IMG/VR virus record: IMGVR_UViG_3300042907_001325
Span: 7,259-71,258 of that record
DNA: 64,000 nt
Origin: a virus
Direction: 5' to 3' (one strand)
A program made the position numbers and the translations under genes. Shown here piece after piece: positions 1-9,453 of the stretch (positions are counted from its first letter, which is position 1; the number at the start of each line of letters is the position of its first letter). Under the pieces are notes generated by a model. It searched no databases, was not told the DNA's origin, and saw nothing but the letters and a program-made list of their open reading frames with translations.

Positions 1-657
1 GTCAAATTTTTCTACTTTTAATTTATCTATTGTTTCAGACAATTTTGTTTTAATTTCAGACTCTTTTTCATTTTCTAAAAGATTTGTTAATTTAACAATT
101 GTATTTTTTTGTAAAGTTTTAAATTTTCTTTTAAGTAATGTAGTGTCTTCAGACATTAATTGAATAAATTCTTTTTTTGCGGATTCGTCAAGATTTTCAA
201 TATAACCATTCATTGTTTGGTTGGCGATGTTAATCATCGACTTTAATGGAAGATTAATTGACTCTTTTATAGGTTCAGGTTTACTTGAAACTAATATTTT
301 AATTAAATTTTTCTTTGACTCAACTCTCTCCATTAAATCCAATTTATTTACATAAACCAAAGAATCAATATTAATATATTGATTTGATACATTTTTAGAT
401 GATATTCTTGTTGTTTTAATTGTTGGGGTTAATTTTTGTATTAAATTAATACCCTCTTCCAAAAAATCTTTTGCCTCTGTTTCAGTTAATCCTTGAGGTG
501 TTGTTAATTGGTCATATAATGAATATAGACGTGACATGTTTTTATTGTTCAACACATCTTGTTTGAACTCTTTTAATGATTTCTTAAATTCCTGTTTATT
601 ATTATAGGATTTTAATAAATTATTTTCAATAATAGATTTAATTTCTCCAAAAGTCAT
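1..657 (-). CDS. Hypothetical protein downstream of portal (3' end runs off window)
   Basis: Hand-translated: ATG at 657, MTFGEIKSIIENNLLKSY..., open to position 1; TATTTAT upstream. Confidence 0.8.
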   Translation of the reverse strand, partial: MTFGEIKSIIENNLLKSYNNKQEFKKSLKEFKQDVLNNKNMSRLYSLYDQLTTPQGLTETEAKDFLEEGINLIQKLTPTIKTTRISSKNVSNQYINIDSLVYVNKLDLMERVESKKNLIKILVSSKPEPIKESINLPLKSMINIANQTMNGYIENLDESAKKEFIQLMSEDTTLLKRKFKTLQKNTIVKLTNLLENEKESEIKTKLSETIDKLKVEKFD

Positions 658-680
658 TTTGTTTGTTTTGAATATAAATA

Positions 681-2495
681 TTACGAGTTTAACAACTTAT
701 CCAATTCTTTTGATATTTCTCCTAAAGAATCTTGTCCTTGACTTAAATTTAAAAATCTTGAATGTTTATCAAAATTTTGTTCCAATAAAATATTCATGTT
801 AGCTTTTTTAGATTCAGGAGTTATTTCGGCTGCGGGAGGTTCGGCAGGAGGGGGTTCAACATCACCTGCTGGTGGAGCAGACTCAAAACCACCTTCTGAT
901 GGTGCTCCTTCAGCTCCTGTAGTTGATGCATTTCCTGTACTACCTGAGGATTCCCCATATAATTTATCAATATTATCAAAAATTCCGGTTTTACTAATAA
1001 CCGTAGGAGTTGCTTTAAGTTCTTCTCCAACCGCTCTTTCAAGTCTTTGTTGTTGTAAATCCAATTTAATTTCTTCATCAGACCATCCAAAAATATGTTC
1101 TTTGGCCCATGTAGATGATGTGGCTTGAATACCGTTTCCTGGGTCAGCAACCAAATCTTTATATAATAACACTTTTTCTTTCCAAACATCAATTTTTAAC
1201 AAATCTGCTTGAGTTGACGGATTAGTTAATCCTAATGTAAAATTTTGTAACTCATCTTCAAACCCTAATAAAAATAAATGCACAATTGCAATTTTATTTA
1301 ATTCAGAAATCATACTTTTTTGAATTCTGTTTATTGTACGAGCAAATCTAATATCTTGTAACGCCAAATTTTTTCCATCACCAACTACTTCTTCAAATCC
1401 TAAAAATGCTTTAGGAACACGAAGAGCCGTTAATAATTTCTTTTGAATATATTCTATGTCTGCAATTTCTGATAGGTTTGTTGCTCCAGGTAAAGTCGTA
1501 ATTGGGTCTGGCGCTGAAGGGTCACGGACAGGAATAAAATAATCTTGGTCAACCGCCATTTGGTTAAACCTCATATCCACGTTTCCTGTTTTAGAATCCA
1601 CAATTTGTTCTCTTTTGAACTTGTTGGCAACACGGTTTACGTATGCTTCAACGTCATCGTCATTCATATTACCCACAAATACTTTAAACATTCTTCTTTC
1701 AGGAGCTCTTGATGTACGATAGATTAACATCGCATCTTCTGACAATAATAATTGTTTCCAAATACGTCTTGCTTTTTCTAACATAGATGTACCATAAGGA
1801 AGTTTTCGGTCGTCTCCCAATAATCTAAAGTGGGCTATCTCCCATGATTGGAATTCCATGTTTTTATTTTTCCAAGTAAAATGAAGTGGTTTTTTATCAG
1901 TATCTTTAGTAATATCTATAGTGATATTACCGGCCACACCAGATTCTCTACGTTCAATTTCAATTGTTGGTAATTGTTGACAACCAACAATTCCCTTTTC
2001 AGGGTCTAACTTTAAATAAACGAAATTATCACCGTATTTACAAGTATTTCTTGTCCACATTGATAAGTTAGTGTTAATATCTAAGCTATTATTAAATAAA
2101 TCGGCTAAGACAGTTTTAATTCTTTTTGATTCAGAATAAATTTGTAAAATAAAACCATCTTCATTTGTTGTTGTAGATTCTTCAGAATATATGTCTAATG
2201 CTGCCGAAATTTCAGGTGTATATTCCATACTTTCGTAATCATATTGAGCGGATAATCTTGATGGCTCATAATAAACTGCTTGAGTATATAAATTGTTTTC
2301 AACTTTTGCCCATTGATTTGTTAAATAAAATGTTTGTTGAGCTTGAAGTTTTTCTTTCTCGTAATCATCTCGATTTGGTGTACGTAAAAGTTCTTTTTTA
2401 TCAAACTTAAAGGTTGGATAATCTTGATTCAATAGTGAATTTGGACCGAATGTTTTTGATAGTCTCTGCCAGACCGTTAGATTTTCTTGACTCAT
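681..2495 (-). CDS. T4 gp20-like portal protein
   Basis: PEISAALDI, YGTSMLEKARRIWKQL.L.EDAMLIYR..RAPERR.F, DYFIP, LPGA.NL, DIEY..KKL..AL.VP motifs; next to terminase. Confidence 0.93.
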   Translation of the reverse strand: MSQENLTVWQRLSKTFGPNSLLNQDYPTFKFDKKELLRTPNRDDYEKEKLQAQQTFYLTNQWAKVENNLYTQAVYYEPSRLSAQYDYESMEYTPEISAALDIYSEESTTTNEDGFILQIYSESKRIKTVLADLFNNSLDINTNLSMWTRNTCKYGDNFVYLKLDPEKGIVGCQQLPTIEIERRESGVAGNITIDITKDTDKKPLHFTWKNKNMEFQSWEIAHFRLLGDDRKLPYGTSMLEKARRIWKQLLLSEDAMLIYRTSRAPERRMFKVFVGNMNDDDVEAYVNRVANKFKREQIVDSKTGNVDMRFNQMAVDQDYFIPVRDPSAPDPITTLPGATNLSEIADIEYIQKKLLTALRVPKAFLGFEEVVGDGKNLALQDIRFARTINRIQKSMISELNKIAIVHLFLLGFEDELQNFTLGLTNPSTQADLLKIDVWKEKVLLYKDLVADPGNGIQATSSTWAKEHIFGWSDEEIKLDLQQQRLERAVGEELKATPTVISKTGIFDNIDKLYGESSGSTGNASTTGAEGAPSEGGFESAPPAGDVEPPPAEPPAAEITPESKKANMNILLEQNFDKHSRFLNLSQGQDSLGEISKELDKLLNS

Positions 2496-2534
2496 ATTAT
2501 AATTTACTAATTAGTTTGATAAAATAAATACTTA

Positions 2535-4295
2535 TTAGGAACCAAATAACCATCCGTATTTTTGATAATCCGCCTTTGTTGCTTGTCCAACATTATTTAA
2601 ACCACTATCTCTACCCATTTGAGGAATCATAGGATTAAAGAATTCTGACGAATTTTTGTTTTCGGTTACATTTGTTGCCCACGAGTTAATCATTGCTTTG
2701 GTATGGTTTGTAACTTTTTCTAATGATTGGAATGATTTTTCTGCAACATATAGTGCCATAGATACTCCCATAATACAGTCATCATGATGTCCTTTTTGGT
2801 GGTCAGGTCTTCCATTAATATAAATAAACGTATTCATTTCATTGTATAAACGATTTGAATACACTTTAAACCCGTGTCTTACTCCTTCTTCAAATGCTGA
2901 TATAATTTGAACCCTTTTTGAGTTAAAGTTAATTCCTGGAATTCTTTCATTAATCTTTGGGTCCCATTTCCATTTATTTGTGGTATCAACATTGTCGACA
3001 TATAACCCCCCCTGATAACTTAATTCTTGTAATTTTCTTGACGTGGAAATACCCATACCACCTGTAATATCAATAACACAGTAAGCATTATACATTGTTC
3101 CCCATTTATATGCAATTTCTGCCACAACATCTGGTGGAACTTTGGCAACATATTCTAACACCTGTTCCCTTTCGTCAAAATCGATGATTTGGATACATGA
3201 GAAGTCCTCAGAGTCACCTCTTGATACATCGACACCCATCACATACTTGTGTCCGTTTACCGGTTCTTTAAATATCCATAGGGACCCACCCATTAGTTTG
3301 GCTTGTGGTTCACGTAAAGTATTCTTGGATATTTCTTGCATCAATTCAGATTCGAATACATTATCACCCGAACCTAAAAAGTCACATTCTAATTCCTGAG
3401 CAACTTTTCTTCTATCAAACTTCAATTTCTTAACCATACCTTCAAACCATGCGGAACATGGTTTGTATCCTTGTTTAATATAATCGGTTACAACAGAGTG
3501 GTCTCTCTCATATGGATTTTCCATCGATAATTTAATAATATCTTTTTCAGAATATTCTTCTCTATTTAATAGAAAATGTACTAAGTCAGGAGTTTTAACC
3601 ATATACAAATCTTTTGTATATCTTGGGTCACGATACCAAAACATCTCAGATATTTTGAAATCATTCATATTCCTTAATGACTGGTCATAGATTTCATAGT
3701 AAATTTGGTCATATCCGTTTGGTGTGGATACAACGATAACTTTACCACCTGTAGATAGGGACGCCATACAAGCTGACCAGAAATCTGAGTCTGCTTCGAT
3801 AAACGCCGCCTCATCAAAGACAAGAATTGTAGGTGTATAACCCCTCAAGGCATCTTTTGATGTTGCAACGGCTTTAACTTCACAATTATTATTAAGTTTA
3901 AAATGTCTTTGTGAGTTTTTTTCTTTTGAGAATGAAATACCGACCCAATCTGGCCATTGTTCAGTAAAACCTCTAACTTTGTTAGCCATCTCCATTGATG
4001 TATCTAACTTGTTGGCAATAATAAGAATTTTTTCAGGTTTGTTTTTTTGGGCAAATGCCAATTTTTTTGATATCCAAGCGGCGGTTACGGTTGTTACACC
4101 CGCCTGACGATACTTTAATGCAATGTTTTCATTGTATTTGTCGTAATCATCTATTAAACTAACTTGGTCGGGAAATAAATCTAATGGAACATACTTTGAT
4201 ACGGTATTATCGTATGTTTGTAAATAAGTTCTAAGTGCGTAGGGAGTACTCCTTATACACTTTGTTAACTCGATAATTAATTGTTCTTTGTTCAC
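2535..4295 (-). CDS. Terminase large subunit (T4 gp17-like), GTG start
   Basis: KYRQAGVTT Walker A, LVFDEAAF Walker B, STPNG, QELEC, GVDVSRG.S.D and HDDC nuclease motifs. Confidence 0.95.
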   Translation of the reverse strand: MNKEQLIIELTKCIRSTPYALRTYLQTYDNTVSKYVPLDLFPDQVSLIDDYDKYNENIALKYRQAGVTTVTAAWISKKLAFAQKNKPEKILIIANKLDTSMEMANKVRGFTEQWPDWVGISFSKEKNSQRHFKLNNNCEVKAVATSKDALRGYTPTILVFDEAAFIEADSDFWSACMASLSTGGKVIVVSTPNGYDQIYYEIYDQSLRNMNDFKISEMFWYRDPRYTKDLYMVKTPDLVHFLLNREEYSEKDIIKLSMENPYERDHSVVTDYIKQGYKPCSAWFEGMVKKLKFDRRKVAQELECDFLGSGDNVFESELMQEISKNTLREPQAKLMGGSLWIFKEPVNGHKYVMGVDVSRGDSEDFSCIQIIDFDEREQVLEYVAKVPPDVVAEIAYKWGTMYNAYCVIDITGGMGISTSRKLQELSYQGGLYVDNVDTTNKWKWDPKINERIPGINFNSKRVQIISAFEEGVRHGFKVYSNRLYNEMNTFIYINGRPDHQKGHHDDCIMGVSMALYVAEKSFQSLEKVTNHTKAMINSWATNVTENKNSSEFFNPMIPQMGRDSGLNNVGQATKADYQKYGWLFGS

Positions 4296-4301
4296 ACATT
4301 G

Positions 4302-5585
4302 TTATTTAGGTCTTGTTATTCCTAAACTATTTAAGAAATCATCTAAATCATCATCATCATTACTGTCAGGGTCAATATCTTCATCTTCTTTATAATCTTC
4401 AAATTCCTCTTGCATTTGTTTTGCTTCTTCAACAATTTCTTCAAATCGTTTTTTGGCTTTACTAACCTTAGAAGAATCTTCAGAAATGGCATTTCCAATA
4501 ACTTCTAAAAATTCTTTTGCCTCTATTTGATATAATAATACGTGGAAAAAATTTATTAATCCTTTATATTCAGGATTAAAAACATCATCAGGTAATGCAA
4601 ACCGTAATTTTTCAACAATTTCAGGTCCAATACGTAATTGCATTGGCTCGTTTGATAATACATCAGTTTGACCTAACACTTTTGCCCTAAGATTAGAGTC
4701 TGATGGTAAACCAGCTCTACCTTTAGCCTCTTCTAATCCTTTAATAATTTCATGACAAAGAATTGGAAAAAATATTCCAGTTGCAATAATTTTAGTGTCA
4801 GGTTGTTCTTCACCTTCTTCACCTTCTTCTTCATCTGCGTCATCTAATTCAACTTTACCTGCAATACCTTGAGCTGTTTGAGCCATATGTTCAATCGCAT
4901 CTTCAAAATTAAAATACAAAAAATCGGTGATTGCCATTATACCTAAATAATCTCTATATAAAGATGGGTCAATAGCATCTAATCTTGATTTAACTTCAGG
5001 TTTTTGAAAAAGGTAATGTCCTTTTTTTGCTGCTCCTTGAATAAGAGCGTTAATAATATTTCTTTTGTGCTTTTCTAATTCTAAAATTTCCTCATCAGTT
5101 AATTCGTCAAGGTCAAAAGATGGGAATTTTAATTTTTCTTCTTTATCTTCTTCTTCATCTTCTTCATCTTCAGGTTCCATTCTAAAATTACCAGTATCTG
5201 GCATTCCTAAATTAGCCTCAATTTGATATCTTCCTTCAGGAACTTCACTTTCATCTAATGACGATTGTATCGCTAATTCAATTAATTCGTTTTTATGAGC
5301 AGCCTCAATCCTCATGATATCAGGAAATTTTCTCATCATGTCTTTGTAAAGCATTTTTTGAACTTGTTTAGAACTTAAATCTTGGATACCAGTAACCTGT
5401 TTTAACTTATCTGTGACTTTTTGAAACCTATCACTAACTAATCTTTGAACATCGGCAACACCTTTTTTCATTGCAGGATTTGTTGCATAAAGACTATCAG
5501 GACTCGCCAATTTTCTTTCTAAATTTGGGTCCATCCTTTCAGGTGTGTTCCCGTAATTAATCTGTTCTTTTAATTTTCGTCTCAT
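4302..5585 (-). CDS. Acidic hypothetical protein in head gene cluster
   Basis: 427-aa ORF, MRRKLKEQ start, acidic tracts, ALIQGAAKKGHY and HEIIKG blocks. Confidence 0.7.
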   Translation of the reverse strand: MRRKLKEQINYGNTPERMDPNLERKLASPDSLYATNPAMKKGVADVQRLVSDRFQKVTDKLKQVTGIQDLSSKQVQKMLYKDMMRKFPDIMRIEAAHKNELIELAIQSSLDESEVPEGRYQIEANLGMPDTGNFRMEPEDEEDEEEDKEEKLKFPSFDLDELTDEEILELEKHKRNIINALIQGAAKKGHYLFQKPEVKSRLDAIDPSLYRDYLGIMAITDFLYFNFEDAIEHMAQTAQGIAGKVELDDADEEEGEEGEEQPDTKIIATGIFFPILCHEIIKGLEEAKGRAGLPSDSNLRAKVLGQTDVLSNEPMQLRIGPEIVEKLRFALPDDVFNPEYKGLINFFHVLLYQIEAKEFLEVIGNAISEDSSKVSKAKKRFEEIVEEAKQMQEEFEDYKEDEDIDPDSNDDDDLDDFLNSLGITRPK

Positions 5586-5588
5586 AAA

Positions 5589-6365
5589 TTATTTTTCTAA
5601 TAGTTGCATTATTACATCAATTACCTTTTCTTTGGCGTCTTCAGGAGAAACTTTCTTTGCCTTTGGTGCCGGATTTTCTCCAGGATTTGGATTTTTAAAA
5701 GGGTTCTGTCTTTTGCCAGGTTTTGTGCCAGGAGTTGTTCCGGGTTTTGTCGTTGGTTTTGTTGTTGGTGATGGGGAAGTTTCTTGTTCAGAAATATACT
5801 TCATTAAATCACCTTTAGTTATTTTTGGAGGCATGTGTTTTTCCACTATTTTTTGTATTTGAGATTCTAAAAACAAAGATACAGGATTTTTTCCTTCTTT
5901 TAACTGTTTTTTTACAGACATTACACATCTTTCAAATTTTCGGGTTCGTTTTGGTCCAACTTGTGCATGACAAATAGCCCAAGCGTTTGGTTTATCTGTT
6001 TTTTCTTCCGACATACCAATCATTTTACTATTGTGGTTTTCAGGTGATGTGTCATCGTCCATACCATCGTCAGACGCTTGATATTCATCATGAGAACCTT
6101 GTTGTCCTGTATATGCTTGGTCGGCATCTAAATCAAAGTCATCTTCCTCTTCCAATCCGATACCTTTCATTTTTGCACCCACTTCACCTACTTTTTGATT
6201 TAAGATATCAAGGTCTTTAATTTTTTGGGCAATATTAGGATTTGCCACTTGTTCACCCAATAATTTTGAATGTAAGACATTAATTTGTGATTCAGTTAAT
6301 TTACTAACTGTTTTGGGTGATAAACCTTTTTCAACCAAGTTTAGTGCTTTTATATTAGTTTTCAT
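5589..6365 (-). CDS. Hypothetical head-associated protein with several xxE sites
   Basis: LTES, LGEQ, MSEE, LKEG, ISEQ sites; WAIC...ERCV segment; T/P/K-rich linker. Confidence 0.65.
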   Translation of the reverse strand: MKTNIKALNLVEKGLSPKTVSKLTESQINVLHSKLLGEQVANPNIAQKIKDLDILNQKVGEVGAKMKGIGLEEEDDFDLDADQAYTGQQGSHDEYQASDDGMDDDTSPENHNSKMIGMSEEKTDKPNAWAICHAQVGPKRTRKFERCVMSVKKQLKEGKNPVSLFLESQIQKIVEKHMPPKITKGDLMKYISEQETSPSPTTKPTTKPGTTPGTKPGKRQNPFKNPNPGENPAPKAKKVSPEDAKEKVIDVIMQLLEK

Positions 6366-6750
6366 AGACTACTTTTTGTTCAAATTCTAAAACCAAATCT
6401 CTTTCATAGAGTTTGTCCTTTATTTCTTTTTCAGGAGTTCCGAATCGAAATACTAATCTTTTTTGTGATTCTAATTCTTCATCTTCCCATGATAATGCAA
6501 CAATATCATCCATTGCATCTGTCATACAAAAAAAATCAGAGTTCTGAATCAATTCTAATTTCAAATCAGTATTTCTTAAAACTCCTACTTTCTTAATATA
6601 TTTTAATTCAGGTGGTGTTGGGTATCCATTAGAAGGTTTATTTTCCCAAGATTCTCCCCAAACATCCAATTCATCTGAAAAAATAAACTCATATAAATTA
6701 TCTCCCTTATAGTTTGGACCTAATCCATTAACATAAGTTAAATAACTCAT
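6355..6750 (-). CDS. Hypothetical protein
   Basis: 131-aa ORF overlapping both neighbours (translational coupling). Confidence 0.7.
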   Translation of the reverse strand: MSYLTYVNGLGPNYKGDNLYEFIFSDELDVWGESWENKPSNGYPTPPELKYIKKVGVLRNTDLKLELIQNSDFFCMTDAMDDIVALSWEDEELESQKRLVFRFGTPEKEIKDKLYERDLVLEFEQKVVYEN

Positions 6751-8045
6751 AATACTCTTCCGTTTGGCGTAATTTTAAATTGTCTACCATTAGTCTCAAA
6801 TACCAAATTTTTCTTATTTGTAATACCAACAAATTTAGAATTTAAATTTTTAGTTACAAATTTTTCTGCCTCCAATTCTTGTTCTATAGTTTCAGTCATT
6901 TGTTTAACTGATTCCATAATCTTTTTAACAATAGATTTTTTATATAAAGTTTTTTGAACTTGTTTTTCTGTGTGTTCTCTAATTTCTGATTTAGAAACTT
7001 CAAAATATTTTGAAATAACTTTATCTACTTTAGATTCTCCAAAAATACTATCAAAAATTTTTCCATGACCTCCGTAACCTCCATCTTCTTCCTCTTCTTC
7101 CATTTCTCTATCACCGAACGAACCATACATACCTTCTCCCATTTCGGCATCAACAGGAACATCCATATCAGCTTGGATGTCTTCAACTTCACTATCATCA
7201 GTTAAGTCTTCTCCATCCATATCGTCTTCTTGACCATAATCTTCATCTTCGTATTCTTCAAATTTACTAATAATATCTTCCTTATCTTCTTCAGATAACT
7301 CTCCTAAATTAATAGATGATAAAACCATATTAATAACATATTTAATATCTTCAGAAGTCATTCCTTCGCTATTATCTAAAACTCTAATTTTTTGAGTTAA
7401 TTTTCCAGTTAATTTTTGAATTGTTTTAAATGTTACTTGGTCTTCACCTTCCATGTCATCCGTAGGCATTTCATCACCTTCCATATCATCCATAGGTATT
7501 TCTTCTCCACCCATATCATCCATAGGCATTTCTTCACCTCCCATATCATCCATAGGCATTTCTTCACCTCCCATTGGTGATGGTGGTAATTCAGGACTTG
7601 GAACTGCTGGTGGAGCCATAGGTAATTCTGCTGGTGGTCCTGCTGGCATTTCAGGTGCTGCTGGTTTTGGAGTTTTTAACGTGAATCTTTTTTGTTCACC
7701 ATATAAAGACACACCTTCATCATTTTCGTTAAGCCTATTTAACTCACCGGCAACAAGATTTAATCTTTTAAACGCTTGAGAATATGAAGAATAGTATTTT
7801 CTATTTCTCATAGGTTCAATATAATCCGTTTCAGATTCTGAAATGGTTTTTTTAATTATATATCCTTGTCTTTCTCTAACAATTTGATAATTATTTCCAT
7901 CTGCAAGAGAAATTGAATACTCTGATGTCTCATTTTCATTTATAGTCTTAGGGGTCGATTCGTTAAAACGAGCAATTTCCATAATTCTATTTATCTTGTT
8001 TTGGCCAGTAAGTTTTTCACTTCCAATTGGTTTTAAGTTTGACAT
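6747..8045 (-). CDS. Acidic low-complexity scaffold/core-like protein
   Basis: Pro-rich segment, MGGEEMPMDD repeats, many I/L-x-E sites; in head cluster. Confidence 0.55.
   Translation of the reverse strand: MSNLKPIGSEKLTGQNKINRIMEIARFNESTPKTINENETSEYSISLADGNNYQIVRERQGYIIKKTISESETDYIEPMRNRKYYSSYSQAFKRLNLVAGELNRLNENDEGVSLYGEQKRFTLKTPKPAAPEMPAGPPAELPMAPPAVPSPELPPSPMGGEEMPMDDMGGEEMPMDDMGGEEIPMDDMEGDEMPTDDMEGEDQVTFKTIQKLTGKLTQKIRVLDNSEGMTSEDIKYVINMVLSSINLGELSEEDKEDIISKFEEYEDEDYGQEDDMDGEDLTDDSEVEDIQADMDVPVDAEMGEGMYGSFGDREMEEEEEDGGYGGHGKIFDSIFGESKVDKVISKYFEVSKSEIREHTEKQVQKTLYKKSIVKKIMESVKQMTETIEQELEAEKFVTKNLNSKFVGITNKKNLVFETNGRQFKITPNGRVL
7441..7575. repeat. 30-bp tandem repeat encoding MGGEE(M/I)PMDD
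   Basis: tcttcacctcccatatcatccataggcatt-like unit, about 4 copies. Confidence 0.85.
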
Positions 8046-8063
8046 GTTTGTTTTTATTTATTT

Positions 8064-9377
8064 TTAGTTATTTAATCCACCAAATCCTCCAATGCGAATA
8101 GAATTTAATTGTTGGACAGCTTTTCCTTCGTTATTTATGTATACTGGATGAGGGGCTACTCCATCTGCGGGTCCACCCTCGCTAATTGAGCCACCACTAA
8201 AGTTACCTAATATTTCAATAGTGTATGCGTATTGTTGGTCAGCCGATAATCCTGTAAATCCTGGAGTATTAGTTGGTGTTGGTGTTTTTGTTACAGTTGG
8301 AGTATTTGTTACGGTTGGAGTATTTGTTGGTGTATTAGTTGGTGTTACTGTATTAGTTGGTGTTACTGTTGGTGTTACAGTATTAGTTGGTGTATTTGTT
8401 GGAGTTGTAGTATTTGTTGGTGTATTGGTTGGTGTTTTAGTCGGTGTTGTAGTATTTGTTGGTGTTTGAGTTTGAGTAGGTGTCTGAGTATTTGTCTGAG
8501 TATTTGTTTGTGTATTAGTAGGTGTCTGAGTATTTGTTTGTGTTGGTGTTTGAGTTTGAGTGTTTGTTTGTGTTGGTGTTTGAGTTTGAGTAGGTGTTTT
8601 AGTTGTAGTTACTGATGGTGTTGGTGTATTACTTGCAGTATTTGTTGGAGTTACGGTAGGTGTTGGCGTTGGTAATGGGCATGAACCTAGTGAAACAAAG
8701 TTACCATCACCTTGAATTATAATAACTTCTGTCGCACATTTTATAAGTATTTTATATGGTTCTAACGTAAATTTAAAAGTAAATCCGTCACAATCTATAC
8801 CTACAAATGAGGTACCCTTATTTCCACCATATAACTGATATGTTTTACACACATTAGGTGTATTACTTGGAGTTACCGGTATAGTTGGAGTTACTGTTGG
8901 TGTTACGGTTGGTGTTGCAGTTTTAGTTGGTGTGTTTGTATTTGTTGATGTTACAGTATTTGTTGGTGTATTAGTTGGTGTTACTGTTGGTGTTACAGTA
9001 TTAGTAGGTGTTTTAGTTGTAGTTACTGATGGTGTTGGTGTATTACTTGCAGTATTTGTTGGAGTTACGGTAGGTGTTTGAGTAGGTGTTTTAGTTACTG
9101 TTGGTGTATTAGTAGGTGTTGAGGTTGTAGTTGGTGTAGGTGTTACAACCGCCTCACAAGTAATACAATCACGATAATCTACTGATATGGTTACTACTTC
9201 GTCAATAGCTGTTGCAGGTTCTGCATTGTCAATAATATCATAACACCCCGGAGCTGCTCCACTTTTAAACGTTAAATAATAATTACCATTTACTGCCGGT
9301 AATGATGAACTATCAAAATCGACTAATATTGATGCTCCTCCAGAACAAGGACCTATAAGATATGTAACTAATGCCAT
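8064..9377 (-). CDS. Thr/Pro/Asn-rich mucin-like putative virion surface protein with Cys-containing modules
   Basis: Long TPT/TNT repeats separating small Cys-paired domains. Confidence 0.7.
   Translation of the reverse strand: MALVTYLIGPCSGGASILVDFDSSSLPAVNGNYYLTFKSGAAPGCYDIIDNAEPATAIDEVVTISVDYRDCITCEAVVTPTPTTTSTPTNTPTVTKTPTQTPTVTPTNTASNTPTPSVTTTKTPTNTVTPTVTPTNTPTNTVTSTNTNTPTKTATPTVTPTVTPTIPVTPSNTPNVCKTYQLYGGNKGTSFVGIDCDGFTFKFTLEPYKILIKCATEVIIIQGDGNFVSLGSCPLPTPTPTVTPTNTASNTPTPSVTTTKTPTQTQTPTQTNTQTQTPTQTNTQTPTNTQTNTQTNTQTPTQTQTPTNTTTPTKTPTNTPTNTTTPTNTPTNTVTPTVTPTNTVTPTNTPTNTPTVTNTPTVTKTPTPTNTPGFTGLSADQQYAYTIEILGNFSGGSISEGGPADGVAPHPVYINNEGKAVQQLNSIRIGGFGGLNN
8270..9150. repeat. Degenerate codon repeats including a ~76-bp exact duplication (8589-8664 = 9003-9078)
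   Basis: agtaggtgttttagttgtagttactgatggtg...ggtaggtgtt occurs twice. Confidence 0.85.
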
Positions 9378-9453
9378 TTAATTTTTCTTAATAAATATAC
9401 GATTAATGTTAATTATTTGAATATTCTTGAATTGTTATTTAAACTAACAATAT

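Noticed and set aside
8270-9150. Possible CRISPR array
   Set aside because: The repeats are in-frame Thr/Pro codons with no constant repeat and unique spacer structure.
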